A DNA stretch of 64,000 nt from Octopus sinensis (Eukaryota). The notes beneath the pieces were generated by a model, which saw only the letters and a list, made by a program, of their open reading frames with translations, ran no database searches and was not told the DNA's origin. Below are positions 41,036 through 53,972 of the stretch, in pieces (the stretch's first letter is position 1; the number at the start of each line of letters is the position of its first letter). Both the position numbers and the translations under genes were made by a program. Location of the stretch: contig NC_042998.1 of assembly GCF_006345805.1 (NCBI RefSeq), positions 189,720,001-189,784,000 on the forward strand. The letters run 5' to 3'.

Positions 41036-41394
41036 AACAAATATAAAATTTATATATATTTTTGCATATATTTCTATGTATATACTTTTGTCTCACTCGT
41101 TTTTATATATATATCTACACACACAAATATGCATATTGTTGACGTCATAAGAATTCTATAATCATTCGAGAGAATGGGAAAGGATTCTTTTTGAGACTAA
41201 CTGTTCTCGAAGCACATCGCATGCAGTTATAAAGAATGGTTTGTAAATATTGAATATTGGGTTGACTATTTAATTTCGAATTTTTTCGTCGAAAAGATTT
41301 TTTCAACCCAATATCCAAGTGCTAATCTTTATAGCTGAATATGGAGTGCTTCCAGAACAACCCTTTTCAAATAAAAACATTACATACATACATG

Positions 41395-41441
<47 letters not shown>

Positions 41442-41572
41442 GATACACACATTTTAGTAAAGCTGCAATATTATCAGAGAACTGTTACTCAGAGTTTCAT
41501 GCTCCTCTTCGTCGGACAGTTGAGATAAATTCTTATACATATATAAGTACATATCTATAGCATACACATACC

Positions 41573-41606
<34 letters not shown>

Positions 41607-41928
41607 CGTGTGTATGTATATATTATATATATATAATATATATGTGTGTGTGTGTGTATGTATATATATGTATGCATGTATGCACACACAGAAATGCATA
41701 CACAGACACAAAAACATGTATATATACCTACATTCAGGTGTGTTTGTGCACAGGTGCACAGGTACACAAGTGCACAGGTACACAAACACACGTATCATGA
41801 AGAAAGGAATACATAGAAACACAAACAAACGCAAGTTTGAAAAGTGACTTGGCACCACATTCTAAGTCCTCAATTAACCCATGTGTTCTCCGTGTATTAG
41901 TTAGTTGTATACTCCACCCCATAAGCAC

Positions 41929-42039
<111 letters not shown>

Positions 42040-42066
42040 CATATGTGTGTTTGTATGGTGTGTATG

Positions 42067-42101
<35 letters not shown>

Positions 42102-43040
42102 AGGAAAAAGATGGCACAGGAAAAATAATAGTATTATGAACTTCATTAGTTTACAGGTGTTTCTGCAACAGGATGCAGTGGACTTGTACTTGAGTGTCTG
42201 AATAATACCCAATAGCTTCATCGGAGCCTTGAATATGAAGTGCAATATATTTTGGGAGTGCGTGTAAGAATTACCCTTGTGCAATATACAGGGAAGCAGT
42301 AACAGTAAGAATGTCATTATTGATGTATATATAAAGTGTATGTCGAAAAGGCAATATATATATTAAAAACGAGCTAAGTGAAGTAACTCAGAGTGGGCAG
42401 AATAATACAATATATATTAACAATATGGACAAATACATGTGTGGCAAACACCATACAATATGAATTATTGATTTGTTAAAATTATCTCCGCTTCTTTTAG
42501 CCGCTTCATAATTGCCAAATTGTAATTAAGATGTGCTTCATATCAGAAGGGAAGACAATCTCGAGAATCCAGAATTCTTCAAAGATAACGTACCACTAAA
42601 GAAAAGAGCAGGCTTATTATCTGGAGTTAAGAGGCTGTCTTGTACATGTCTTTCTGCCTCAGTAGGCATCATCAGACAAGAAGCATAGACATGGCATATA
42701 TATTCAAGGAGCATAGGCATATACAAAAACAGTAGAACAGGCTCATGGCCTAGGTAATTTGCATACATTAAGCATAAGTTAGATAATAGAAATACCTCAG
42801 AGTGGACAACGGTGTGCATATGAACAACATTGCTAAATACAGACATATCAAATACCATACAATATAAATTCTTGGGTTATTGAAAATATTTTCGTCATTA
42901 GGAGGATGTGTCATAATCAGTAAATGGCAATTAACGATAGTTCCTAAACATATACACAAACACACATATATGTGTGTATGTATGTATCTATGGATCGATG
43001 TGTGCATAAAAATGTACATATGAATATACATATCTACATA

Positions 43041-43432
43041 GGCGCAGGAGTGGCTGTGTGGTAAGTAGCTTGCTTACCAACCACATGGTTCCGGGTTCAG
43101 TCCCACTGCGTGGTACCTTGGGCAAGGGTCTTCTACTATAGCCTCGGGCCGACCAAAGCCTTGTGAGTGGATTTGGTAGACGGAAACTGAAAGAAACCCA
43201 TCGTATATATGTATATATATATGTGTATGTGTGCGTGTATGTCTGTCCCCCTAGCATTGCTTGACAACCGATGCTGGTGTGTTTACGTCCCCGTCACTTA
43301 GCGGTTCGGCAAAAAGAGACCGATAGAATAAGTACTGGGCTTACAAAGAATAAGTCCCGGGGTCGATTTGCTCGACTAAAGGCGGTGCTCCAGCATGGGC
43401 GAAGTCAACTAACTGAAACAAGTAAAAGAGTA
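43041..43432 (+). mobile_element. SINE family B, full length
   Basis: ggcgcaggagtggctgtgtggtaag...ccgggttcagtccc...caagtaaaagag; highly similar to 44871-45264. Confidence 0.95.
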
Positions 43433-43444
43433 TATATTATATAC

Positions 43445-43519
<75 letters not shown>

Positions 43520-43550
43520 CATTATATATATAATATTATGTATATATGTA

Positions 43551-43581
<31 letters not shown>

Positions 43582-43654
43582 ATATTTAATATACACACAC
43601 GTATAGATGTATATGCATATGTATGTCTGTTTCTGACTATAACTTTATACAGAC

Positions 43655-43703
<49 letters not shown>

Positions 43704-44490
43704 TACAAATACACACAGGCACACACATATATACGTGCACACACACGCATACATATACGTGCGCGTTAATGTGTCAACAAATATTATCGAGGATAATTAT
43801 CCTTATAAAACGTCTTACGAAACCCTTTAAAAATACATTAACTTATTTTCGTTTGAGTATCTTTTAACAGCTAGCTGTCATATAATAGGAAGTTCCCGAT
43901 CAACAGACACACATACAAGCACACACACATACACACACACACACAGGCACACTTTCATATGACCACATATGCACACATACATGGTCACACACACTCACAC
44001 ATACATGCATGCGTATACATACTGATGTAACAGACATACCGAGAGTCTAACAGACAGATAGACAGATAGACAGACATACGCATTGAACGTGTGCGAATTT
44101 CACGTGAAATAACAGTTCCAAACCAGTCAGGGAGGACCAAAATGTAGATCCGCCCATCTTTGAGACGAAGTTACAGTTGTCTGAGTCATACACTGATCTT
44201 CAAATATTAGGTTGGAATTTTCTCAACACTAGTTTCGACACTGAATATTGGTATCTTCATTCTTTTCCTGATTATTCACCTTCCAGAAAGAACTAAACAT
44301 TTTTCTTTTTTTTTCTTTATTTATTTACGTTTTTTTTTTTTTTTTTTCATGTTCCAAAATTACAAATATGAACTTGTTGGAATTTATTCTCTCTAACACG
44401 GAAAAGAAATTATGAGTACAGAGAAACAAGTTAGAAAAATTAGGTGTTTTCATGGGAGTAATAAAATCGACATAAATTACACACACACAC

Positions 44491-44551
<61 letters not shown>

Positions 44552-44678
44552 AACACACACGCACGCACGCATATATACACACATAAACGCACAGCTTAAT
44601 TAACTATCTCTTCTTCTTGCCATGTCTCCCGCTCTCCCTCCATTCTTTAATTCTATCTCTTTTTCATCATCCACTCTC

Positions 44679-44763
<85 letters not shown>

Positions 44764-44779
44764 CATATATATATGTATG

Positions 44780-44818
<39 letters not shown>

Positions 44819-44870
44819 TATATATTATATATATTATGTATATATATATATGTATATATACATATATATA

Positions 44871-45264
44871 GGCGCAGGAGTGGCTGTGTGGTAAGTAGCT
44901 TGCTTACCAACCACATGGTTCCGGGTTCAGTCCCACTGCGTGGCACCTTGGGCAAGTGTCTTCTACTATAGCCTCGGGTCAACCAAAGCCTTGTGAGTGG
45001 ATTTGGTAGACGGAAACTGAAAGAAGCCCGTCGTATATATGTTTATATATATATATATGTGTCTGTATTTGTCCCCCTAGCACTGCTTGACAACCGATGC
45101 TGGTGTGTTTATGTCCCCGTCACTTAGCGGTTCGGCAAAAGAGACCGATAGAATAAGTACTGGGGTTACAAAGAATAAGTCCCGGGGTTGAGTTGCTCGA
45201 TTAAAGGCGGTGCTCCAGCATGGCCGCAGTCAGATGATTGAACCAAGTAAAAGAGTAAAAGAGT
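44871..45264 (+). mobile_element. SINE family B, full length
   Basis: Same head, core and tail; tail (taaaagag) duplicated. Confidence 0.95.
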
Positions 45265-46313
45265 ATACATAGACACGCGCACGCACAAATACACACACTT
45301 ACACATATATACATTGGCATGATTCCAAACTACAACTTGTAGTGGAGATCTAGTTTGAGAATTCCGGGGGTCCACTCTGAACCAGAGGAGTAACGCCTTC
45401 TTGCTACTCCACCGGGCCAAATAACTCATGTGATGACATTCTGAGACCGGAGTCGCAGAAATATCCTTGGTAGGTGTCAGGGCACGCAGTGAAATCATCG
45501 GGATCGCTAGCCATTGTGACAGCATTCTTTTTGGGAAAAGCAAACTCTGAGTAAAACATGCGTGATTACTGGTCATCTCGCTTCGACTTGTTTACTAGTT
45601 ATTAATCACAGAGACTCAGAGATTGATACTCGTCTTGTACAAGCGTTTACCATTATAACCGTATGACGTATAGATGTCTCTTTCTGGCGGCCTCATTTAT
45701 CATCTCATCTACTGAAAGTCCTACCCCGATAGAAGACTGGCGACGTGTGCAGACCTAACCTGTTGGACGTACATAGTAAGTTCCAACTTTCGTCTGTCAC
45801 CGATGATACAACCCATGCAGATCTCCGGCGGGATTATATAGACCCGTAAGAAGTTATATCCATTATATCTTTCCATTTTCTAATTTAATAATAGTTGGTA
45901 TTTGTATAATATATTTACTGAAGAATTCTGTCTTCAAATTATTTTATATTAAACCAGTGTAACTTGGATAAAACTATCGCTATAAGAGGTTTATATATCC
46001 CCATAATAACTATATATATATATATATGGGTATGTATATATGTACGTATGTATGTACGTATGTATGTATGTATGTATGTATGTATGTATGTATGTATGTA
46101 TGTATGTATGTATGTATGTATGTATATATATATTGGTATTATATGTTATATATATATCAAAATGATGTGTTATAATATTCACATACAAAAAACAGCCATA
46201 CCAACAAACATACCTCTATTATCAGCTGCCCCACGGATATCATTATGGTTTCGTATGTGTGTGTGTTTGTATGTATATGTATGTATGTATGCTTATATAC
46301 ATACATATATATA

Positions 46314-46367
<54 letters not shown>

Positions 46368-47108
46368 TATATACAAATATCTACGTGTATTACCCACGTA
46401 GGCTCGAAGATATATAAGTAGAATATTTTGGAAAATGTAAACCGGGATCATACGCACACGTGTGGGATGGGAAGGAGAAGGTATACACACACGGGGGTAG
46501 GGGGAAAGGCGTTATTCAATTTATGTATATGTAACTGAACGAATTATAAACAAAAATGTTAATACACAAAAGAAAATAAAGGTATGATAAAACACGTTTA
46601 AAAAGATATTTATACAAAAATTAAGCCTAAACTTTCAATTGTGTTGATCTGGGTACCACATTTCCTATGTTGCTTCATTCAAAATATTGGTATTCTCTGG
46701 GGTTCATGGATTACAAGAGCCTTTTTAATAATGGCAATGACTTCGAGCATTTATCGGGCGTGCGGTTCATTCAAACTGAAGAAGCCACACTCTTGCATAA
46801 CTGCAGCGTCACCGTTCATATTTTTACTATAAACATTATACCACTCATTGTGACTGAGACGTTCGATACAATTAATGATGGAAGCTTTTATGCATTTAAA
46901 AGTTACTCATTTTTATCTAACTAAAAGTATGTAACCATCTAACCAACGAACAACCGAACGAACGAACGAACGACGAAAGCAAGCAAGCAAGCAACCAAGT
47001 AACCAGCCAGCCAGCTAGCCAGCCAGCTAGCTAGCCAGCCAGCTAGCCAACTAACCAAGCAACCAACCAACCAACAAATGAAACAAATAACAGCTAGCGA
47101 GATAACTA

Positions 47109-47109
<1 letters not shown>

Positions 47110-47204
<95 letters not shown>

Positions 47205-47229
47205 CATCTATCCATCTATCTATCCATCC

Positions 47230-47312
<83 letters not shown>
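47110..47312. repeat. (ATCT)n microsatellite
   Basis: Visible. Confidence 0.95.
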
Positions 47313-48004
47313 AACATGTATAATCATGGCTCTCTCTATATATATATGCATACATACACATCACCCCTTACGCGCTACGATCGTAAGAATGTAGTTTCGA
47401 ACCCCAGACCAGCGGTAACTTGTAGGAAAAAGGAGGAAGCTTCCTGGAAATGCAGTCTGTCGGAAATCGCCTTAGCTACCTGGATTTAACCATGTTACGT
47501 CAAGGTAGAGTGTGACCGATGACAGAGCATATTCATGAAGGTGGGCTTACACAGTGTAACTCAGTGACCTACTGCTGGCAATGTTACCTGAAGTTACGAA
47601 GCACTTATTTGAGATGTGTAACGGTGGGGAGGTCTTCTGCGAAGATTCAGCTGGTTTCGACCCGGTTCACCACATGTGCTAGCTAGGAACAGAGAGTTGT
47701 AAACAAGAAGGCTGTAAGCAGTAAACTCTGATGGGGTGATCGTAGTCCACAATAGAAAAAAAGGCAATTTTGCCGAGGAGGGATACTTGGTGTTTATTGT
47801 CTTCTTAAAAAGCACACGAACACGCACGAACACACAGTAACAGGCACACAGACACTATATATAATATATATATATATATATATTACACATACACATACAT
47901 ACACACACAATGATCGAGAGAAAGAGAGGGGAAGTAAGAGAAAAAGAGTGAGAGAGACTGACACAAATATATAACCATTCCATATTAAGTCTTAAATTTA
48001 TATA

Positions 48005-48387
48005 TATTTCTTTACTACCCACAAAGGTAAACACAGAGGGGACAAACAAGGACAGACAAACGGATTAAGTCGATTACATCGACCCCAGTGCGTAACTGAT
48101 ACTTAATTTATCGACCCCGAAAGGATGAAGGGCAAAGTCGACCTCGGCGGAATTTGAACTTACAACGTAAAGACAGACGAAATACCTATTTCTTTACTAC
48201 CCACAAGGGGCTAAACATAGAGGGGTCAAACAAGGACAGACAAAGGGATTAAGTCGATTACATCGACCCCAGTGCGTAACTGGTACTTAATTTATCGACC
48301 CCGAAAGGATGAAAGGCAAAGTCGACCTCGGCGGAATTTGAACACGGAACGTAACGACAGACGAAATACGGCTACGCATTTCGCCCG
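48005..48387 (-). mobile_element. SINE family A tandem dimer
   Basis: Two colinear units of about 180 bp (48005-48180 and 48181-48387). Confidence 0.92.
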
Positions 48388-48751
48388 TATTTGTATAGAG
48401 AACTGAGTTTAGTTGTTACCATCGTTGTTGTTAAACTCCAGGTCAGTTCCGAGAAAATAGATCTGAGATCAAAGTTGTTCCAATCATGGCCATCACTTCT
48501 TTTTTCTTATTGCTATCTAAGGCTACATTATCCAGTATGTCTTCATTTTTCAAGATGGTAGCGTGTCATTTGATAAAAATTTTCCCGCTACTTCTGTCAA
48601 AGCTTCTAAACCTGTTTATTGGTTCATACTTCATTTCTGGAATTTTGTGAGTCGAACCTAACAAGATTTGAAATACGATTTCTTTAATACCAAACCATAC
48701 ACTGTATATCAAACATGATAACTGCACCGTTTCTACTTTCTTTATACTTGA

Positions 48752-49149
48752 CTAGCAGTATCGCCCGGCGTTGCTCGGGTTTGTAAGGGAAATAACTATA
48801 TAAGCATTTTTAGAGATGTAAAGTATAATAGCCATCTCAATATGGTTAACAACAAAGGGGGGGGGGTGTTACTGTAGCTTTTTACGTTCTGAGATTTAAT
48901 AATAAATTTTTAGAGAGTTACTTCCCTTATATATGCCAAAAATGCATTAAAAATGGGAAAAATTGAAAGTAAATTTTTTTAAAATCATAGACTCATCGTA
49001 GACGCGCGCTAATACCCAGAAGGGCTCGATATGAATCACGACTATAAGATACCCGGTTTTGGTTAAACTGCACCGCAAAATGTGGGAGTAGTTAGGAATC
49101 TAAATCGTAGGAGACAGACAGCACACAACCTCACTTTTATATATAAAGA
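48752..49149 (-). mobile_element. Non-autonomous Helitron, longer copy
   Basis: TC...hairpin...CTAG termini at A|T; matches 4968-5262 with an extra internal segment of about 100 bp. Confidence 0.88.
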
Positions 49150-49402
49150 TATATTTGAATATTGGATGTTATGTTGAACAGTTAGATAGAAATGCTAGCC
49201 TGTCCAAAGTATTTGATAATATTTCAGTTTTGAACTTCTGCCAATGTCGACTGCCAAAATAGTCTTTGAATCTCCGAGCCGTGTTGCGCTCAGAAAGTGT
49301 GAAGTGTGTGTGTGCTGGGCTCGTCTATCAATGAAATAAAAACCAGAAGCATTCTAAGGACTGTTTAAACTATCAATTTTTCAAAGAAAGAAGTCAATAT
49401 AT

Positions 49403-49975
49403 GCGGCGAGCCGGCAGAATCGTTTGTACGCCGGGCGAAATGCTTAGCCGTATTTCGTCTGCCGTTACGTTCTGAGTTCAAATTCCGCCGAGGTCGACTT
49501 TGCCTTTCATCCTTTCGGGGTCGATAAACTAAGTACCAGTTACGCACTGGGGTCGATGTAATCGACATAATCCGTTTGTCTGTCCTTGTTTGTCCCCTCT
49601 GTGTTTAGCTCCTTGTGGGTAGTAAAGAAATAGGTATTCCGTCGGCCGGTTTTTCGTTCTGAGTTCAAATTCCGCCGAGGTCGACTTTGCCTTTCATTCT
49701 TTCGGGGTCGATAAATGAAGTACCAGTTACGTACTGGGGTCGATGCAATCGACATAATCCGTTTGTCTGTCCTTGTTTGTCCCCTCTGTGTTTAGCTCCT
49801 TGTGGGTAGTAAAGAAATAGTTCAAATTCCGTCGGTCGACTTTGCCTTTCATCCTTTCGGGGTCGATTAAATAAGCACTAGTTACGCACTGGGGTCGATG
49901 TAATCGACTTAATCCCTTTGTCTGTCCTTGGTTGTCCCCTCTATGTGTAGCCCCCTGCAGGCAATAAAGAAATAA
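49403..49975 (+). mobile_element. SINE family A tandem trimer
   Basis: Full head once, then two further units beginning at or just upstream of the B-box (gttcaaattcc). Confidence 0.92.
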
Positions 49976-50311
49976 ATATATTCTAGTTCTTACCATAGTA
50001 GCTATCAAATATTTGACTAACTTCCTATTACAAGTCTCCATTTACATTCCGCAGTTCTCTGTTTTATGATTAATGATTTTTCTTATCGTTCATTGCAAGT
50101 TTAAATTCGATTGCTAACGATTCTTTTCCGCTTTCCTCATTCTGTATGTTAGTCTACGTTCTATATATCAGGTGTGCAAGGGAACTGCTCCTCACTTGGA
50201 ATATATGGTATGCATTACCTGTATAATATAAATTTGTTTCCAAATCTAAAAAGATATGCCCAAAATAGACACGAGAAGAACTACGTGATTAAGAAGTTTG
50301 TTTTGTAACTA

Positions 50312-50819
50312 CCGTAAATCCTCGAGTATAATCCGCATTTCCCCCCAAAAATTTTAAGGCCAAAATCCCTAGTGCGTACTATAGTACGAGGTTAAAAATT
50401 ATTTTCTAAGCAATGTCCGAGTCTCTATTTGCTGTCCGGCAATGTTTATTCAGAAGCATTTTGTGATGTCGGGCACGAAAATACCTTAAGCTAAGCCTGA
50501 AAGCAATGAAGTCATAAAAGAATCATCCATAACTTGCAGTAAGCAACATTTATTAAACGTTATTACTGTTATTTCTTTATTTTCTGGAAACAAAATGCAC
50601 AAAAAAGCTACACGTTTGCATTATGTTATATATACAATAATAAAAAAAGGACGTTACCGTATACATTTTTACAAACCAAGGATGTTACGTAGACCTCCTT
50701 GACTCAAGTTAGAGAAGGGGTGCGTATTATACACAAGGTTTAGGTTTTTCAGAGGTACTGTCCCCTAAAAATCCCCTGCGTATTATACTCAAGGGCGGAC
50801 TATACTCGAGGATTTACGG
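50312..50819. mobile_element. 508-bp pogo/Tc1-superfamily MITE with TA TSD
   Basis: TIRs ccgtaaatcctcgagtataatccgc / gcggactatactcgaggatttacgg; TA at 50310-11 and 50820-21; subterminal repeats tgcgta(c/t)tata. Confidence 0.92.
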
Positions 50820-50965
50820 TATGTTGTTCCGAGTTTAAGCCCACTGTCTAACACCTTCAGTAAATGTATTCTACAGCGTGCTCGGGTCGATTTATTCTCT
50901 CTAAGTGAATTTGGTAGACGGAAACTGTGCTGAAGTTTATCCTGTACGCACACATTTGTGTGTGT

Positions 50966-51202
50966 GCGGCGAGCTGGCAGAAACGTTAGCGCGCCGGGCG
51001 AAATGCTTAGCGGTATTTCGTCTGCCGTTACGTTCCGAGTTCAAATTCCGTCGAGGTCGACTTTGCCTTTCATCCTTTCGGGGTCGATTAAATAAGTACC
51101 AGTTACGCACTGGGATCGATGTAATCGACATAATCCCTATGTCTGTCCTTCTTTGTCTCCTCTATGTTTATACCCTTGTGGGCAGTAAAGAAAGAGGTAT
51201 AT
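50966..51202 (+). mobile_element. SINE family A, full monomer
   Basis: gcggcgagctggcagaaacgttagc...gagttcaaattcc...ggcagtaaagaaa. Confidence 0.92.
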
Positions 51203-51537
51203 TACCAAATATTTATGAGTTACAAATGATTGAATGCATCCCAGTTCATACTCGTTGGCAAGAAGAAAGACTAATTGAGCCAAGTATGGAATAGAAGTCA
51301 GAACATAGAGTGATGTAAATAAATCTTGTAACATTCAGTGCGGCGCTCTGTAGTTCTGTCATTTCATCGCTCTAATCTAAATAATAATGTAATCGCAGGT
51401 GCAAGTGTACATCCGCTAGTGTTCACTAAATACCGGAAGCTGGAAAGTGAAAGTAGGTGGGAGGGTAGGGTGCGAGCATGGATAAGGGCATTTGAGAGAT
51501 TTGAAAGAGAGGGAGGAAGAGGGAGAAAGAGGTAGGA

Positions 51538-51580
<43 letters not shown>

Positions 51581-51837
51581 CAAAGAGTCATATGAACTGT
51601 CGACGAACGGATAAATAGTCAGTGAGAGAAATGGAGAGAAGACGAGGGTCGATGGTCGGAATTCATTTTGAAATGAATGAGATGAAAGCAATGGGATAAG
51701 TGGGTTGTGAAGTGGCTTCTGTCAAGGACCATTGTCACTGAGCTTACGTCGTTAGATACTCTAATTCTGCATATATCTATAGATATAATATCCCTCTTTT
51801 CCATCTTCCTTCTCTCAATTTATATATCTTCTCTCTC

Positions 51838-51874
<37 letters not shown>

Positions 51875-52643
51875 CACGCACACACATATGCATGTAGAGA
51901 GAGGCAGGGAGACAGAGAGAGAGAGACAGAGAGAGACAGAGAGAGAGAGAGAGAGAAAGAGAGAGAAAGAGTGTGGTAGATAGACAAAGATAGATGTATA
52001 GATATACATGCACTTCACATTACGCATCTCAACTTATCCAGAAACGAAGTATATTACCCAGGAAATGCCTCTTTAAAACATATAACCCTGAGATAAAGAA
52101 GGAGTCTCGATGTGGTCTATTGATACCATGCTAAACATAGCAGGTACATGCCACACTTTACCATTTAGTAAAAGCAAGGACTTTATATCACACAGACTTA
52201 CATACACCGTTTCACCAAAAGATGGGGTAGCGTCATTTGGAATTTCTTGGTTATAGATTTGCTCATTCTCGGCTGATTTGGACTAAACAATAACAAGAAC
52301 ACTCTCGCTTGACTTGCTAGAATGATAGTTAAATATTTCTCTAATCACGCTCTACAATCTTTGAAAATTTTAGAAAAAAATTGAATAAATGAGTGGAAAT
52401 CGAACCGTTGAGTGTGTTAAATAATAAGGCACTAAAAAAAGAAAGACTGTTCCCAGACACAATAAAATATGCTTCAACACACGAATTCACATAAAGAATC
52501 TTGCAAACCAAATACAAAAACGAAACATTTGATAATGTTTTTGATAAGCTACCTGAAGGAGAAGATGAGATAGCCATGTCCGGAATATACTTGATCATTG
52601 ATTTATTTGATTGTAACATAGTAAAAGAATATAGTGTAGTCTC

Positions 52644-52738
52644 CAGGGCTATTGTATAAGAAACTTGCTCAAGGTGTCGCGCAGTGAGACTGAATCCGAA
52701 ACCATGTGGTTGCGAAGCGAGCTTCTTAACCACAGCCA
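52644..52738 (-). mobile_element. SINE family B head fragment
   Basis: Reverse of ggctgtggttaagaagctcgcttcgcaaccacatggtttcggattcagtctcactgcg. Confidence 0.7.
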
Positions 52739-52816
52739 TATATATATATTATATATATATATTTCTGTAAACAGAAGTCACAGGGAACAGCTGTCGAAGA
52801 ACTTTGATAGACATTA

Positions 52817-53370
52817 TTCTCAAATTTTGGCACAAGGCCAGAAATTTTGAGAGAAGGAGTAAGTCAATTAGATCAAACCCTAGTGCTCAACCTGTGAAAG
52901 GTAAAGTCGACCTCAGCCGAATTTCAACTCAGAACCTAAAGACTGACGAAATACTTGTTTCTTTACTACTCACAAGGGGCTAAACACAGAGGGGACAAAT
53001 AAGGACAGACAAACGGATTAAGTCGATTACATCGACCCCAGTGAGTAACTGGTACTTATGTAATCGACCCCGAAAGGATTAAAGGCAAAGTCGACCTCGA
53101 CGGAATTTGAACTCAGAACGAAAAACAGACAAAAACCTATTTCTTTACTACCCACAAGGAGCTAAACACAGAGGGGACAAACAAGGACAGACAAACGGAT
53201 TAAGTCGATTACATCGACCCCAGTGCGTAACTGGTACTTATGTAATCGACCCCGGAAGGATGAAAGGCAAAGTCGACGTCGGCGGAATTTGAACTCAGAA
53301 CGTAACGGCAGACGAAACACGGCTACGCATTTCGCCCGGCGTGCTAACGTTTCTGCCAGCTCGCCGCCTT
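52817..53370 (-). mobile_element. SINE family A tandem multimer (full head, one repeated unit, and a decayed A2-tailed unit)
   Basis: Head ends at 53370 (gccagctcgccgcctt); repeated tctttactac...gtcgacctc units. Confidence 0.9.
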
Positions 53371-53672
53371 AGAACCTTGGTAGATATAATTGACCTTTAA
53401 CCTAACTGTCGAGTAATGTTAGAAGACGGGAGATAATCTCACAACTTAAGCGTTACTACAGTAGAATATAAAAAGAAATTAGTCTGCATTCCACTTTTAT
53501 ACTCATTAAAGATACTCTATATGAATAAGGTATAGGATGGAATAATAGTCTCTATGCAAGAGAGTTAAGATAAAGCAATTCTCTTACCGCAAGAATGACA
53601 AGTATTCACTTTCTCTTAGTTTTTCCCTCTTTAATGGATATAATGAATACGATTCAGTGTAATACGCCAACT

Positions 53673-53972
53673 GGTATTGGTATTGGCATCCTTTCTGTCT
53701 CGGGAGACAATGGAGTTGCGCATGAAGTAGTCTAGTCCGGCTTTTATATTTCATGTCCTGATACATTTCCTGCTGTGGCTGTGTAGTCCTATCCTGGACA
53801 AACACTCCCTCTGGCAGGTACCGCAAATGTAGCGAAGACTGTTCCTGGCTGGTTGTAGTGCCATAGTCTCTTGTTTACGTCTCTTCCTTTCTTTCCATTT
53901 CTCCTCTCTCTCTCTGTCACTCCTTTGTATTCCCTCTTTTACGGTACGTCGCCATTCTCCACGGTTGCCGGC
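53673..53972 (-). mobile_element. 5'-truncated RTE-clade LINE 3' end
   Basis: AGNRGEWRRTVKEG...YICGTCQRECLSRIGLHSHSRKC* (RTE-type C-terminal zinc finger); 3' UTR ccattgtctcccgagacagaaaggatgcc with a short (taccaa) tail; 12-bp TSD aatacgccaact. Confidence 0.92.

Noticed and set aside
44225-44265. Hammerhead-like motif (minus strand ...ugaagauac-N9-guguc-gaaacuagug)
   Set aside because: The CUGANGA box and cleavage triplet are both broken; too degenerate to support.
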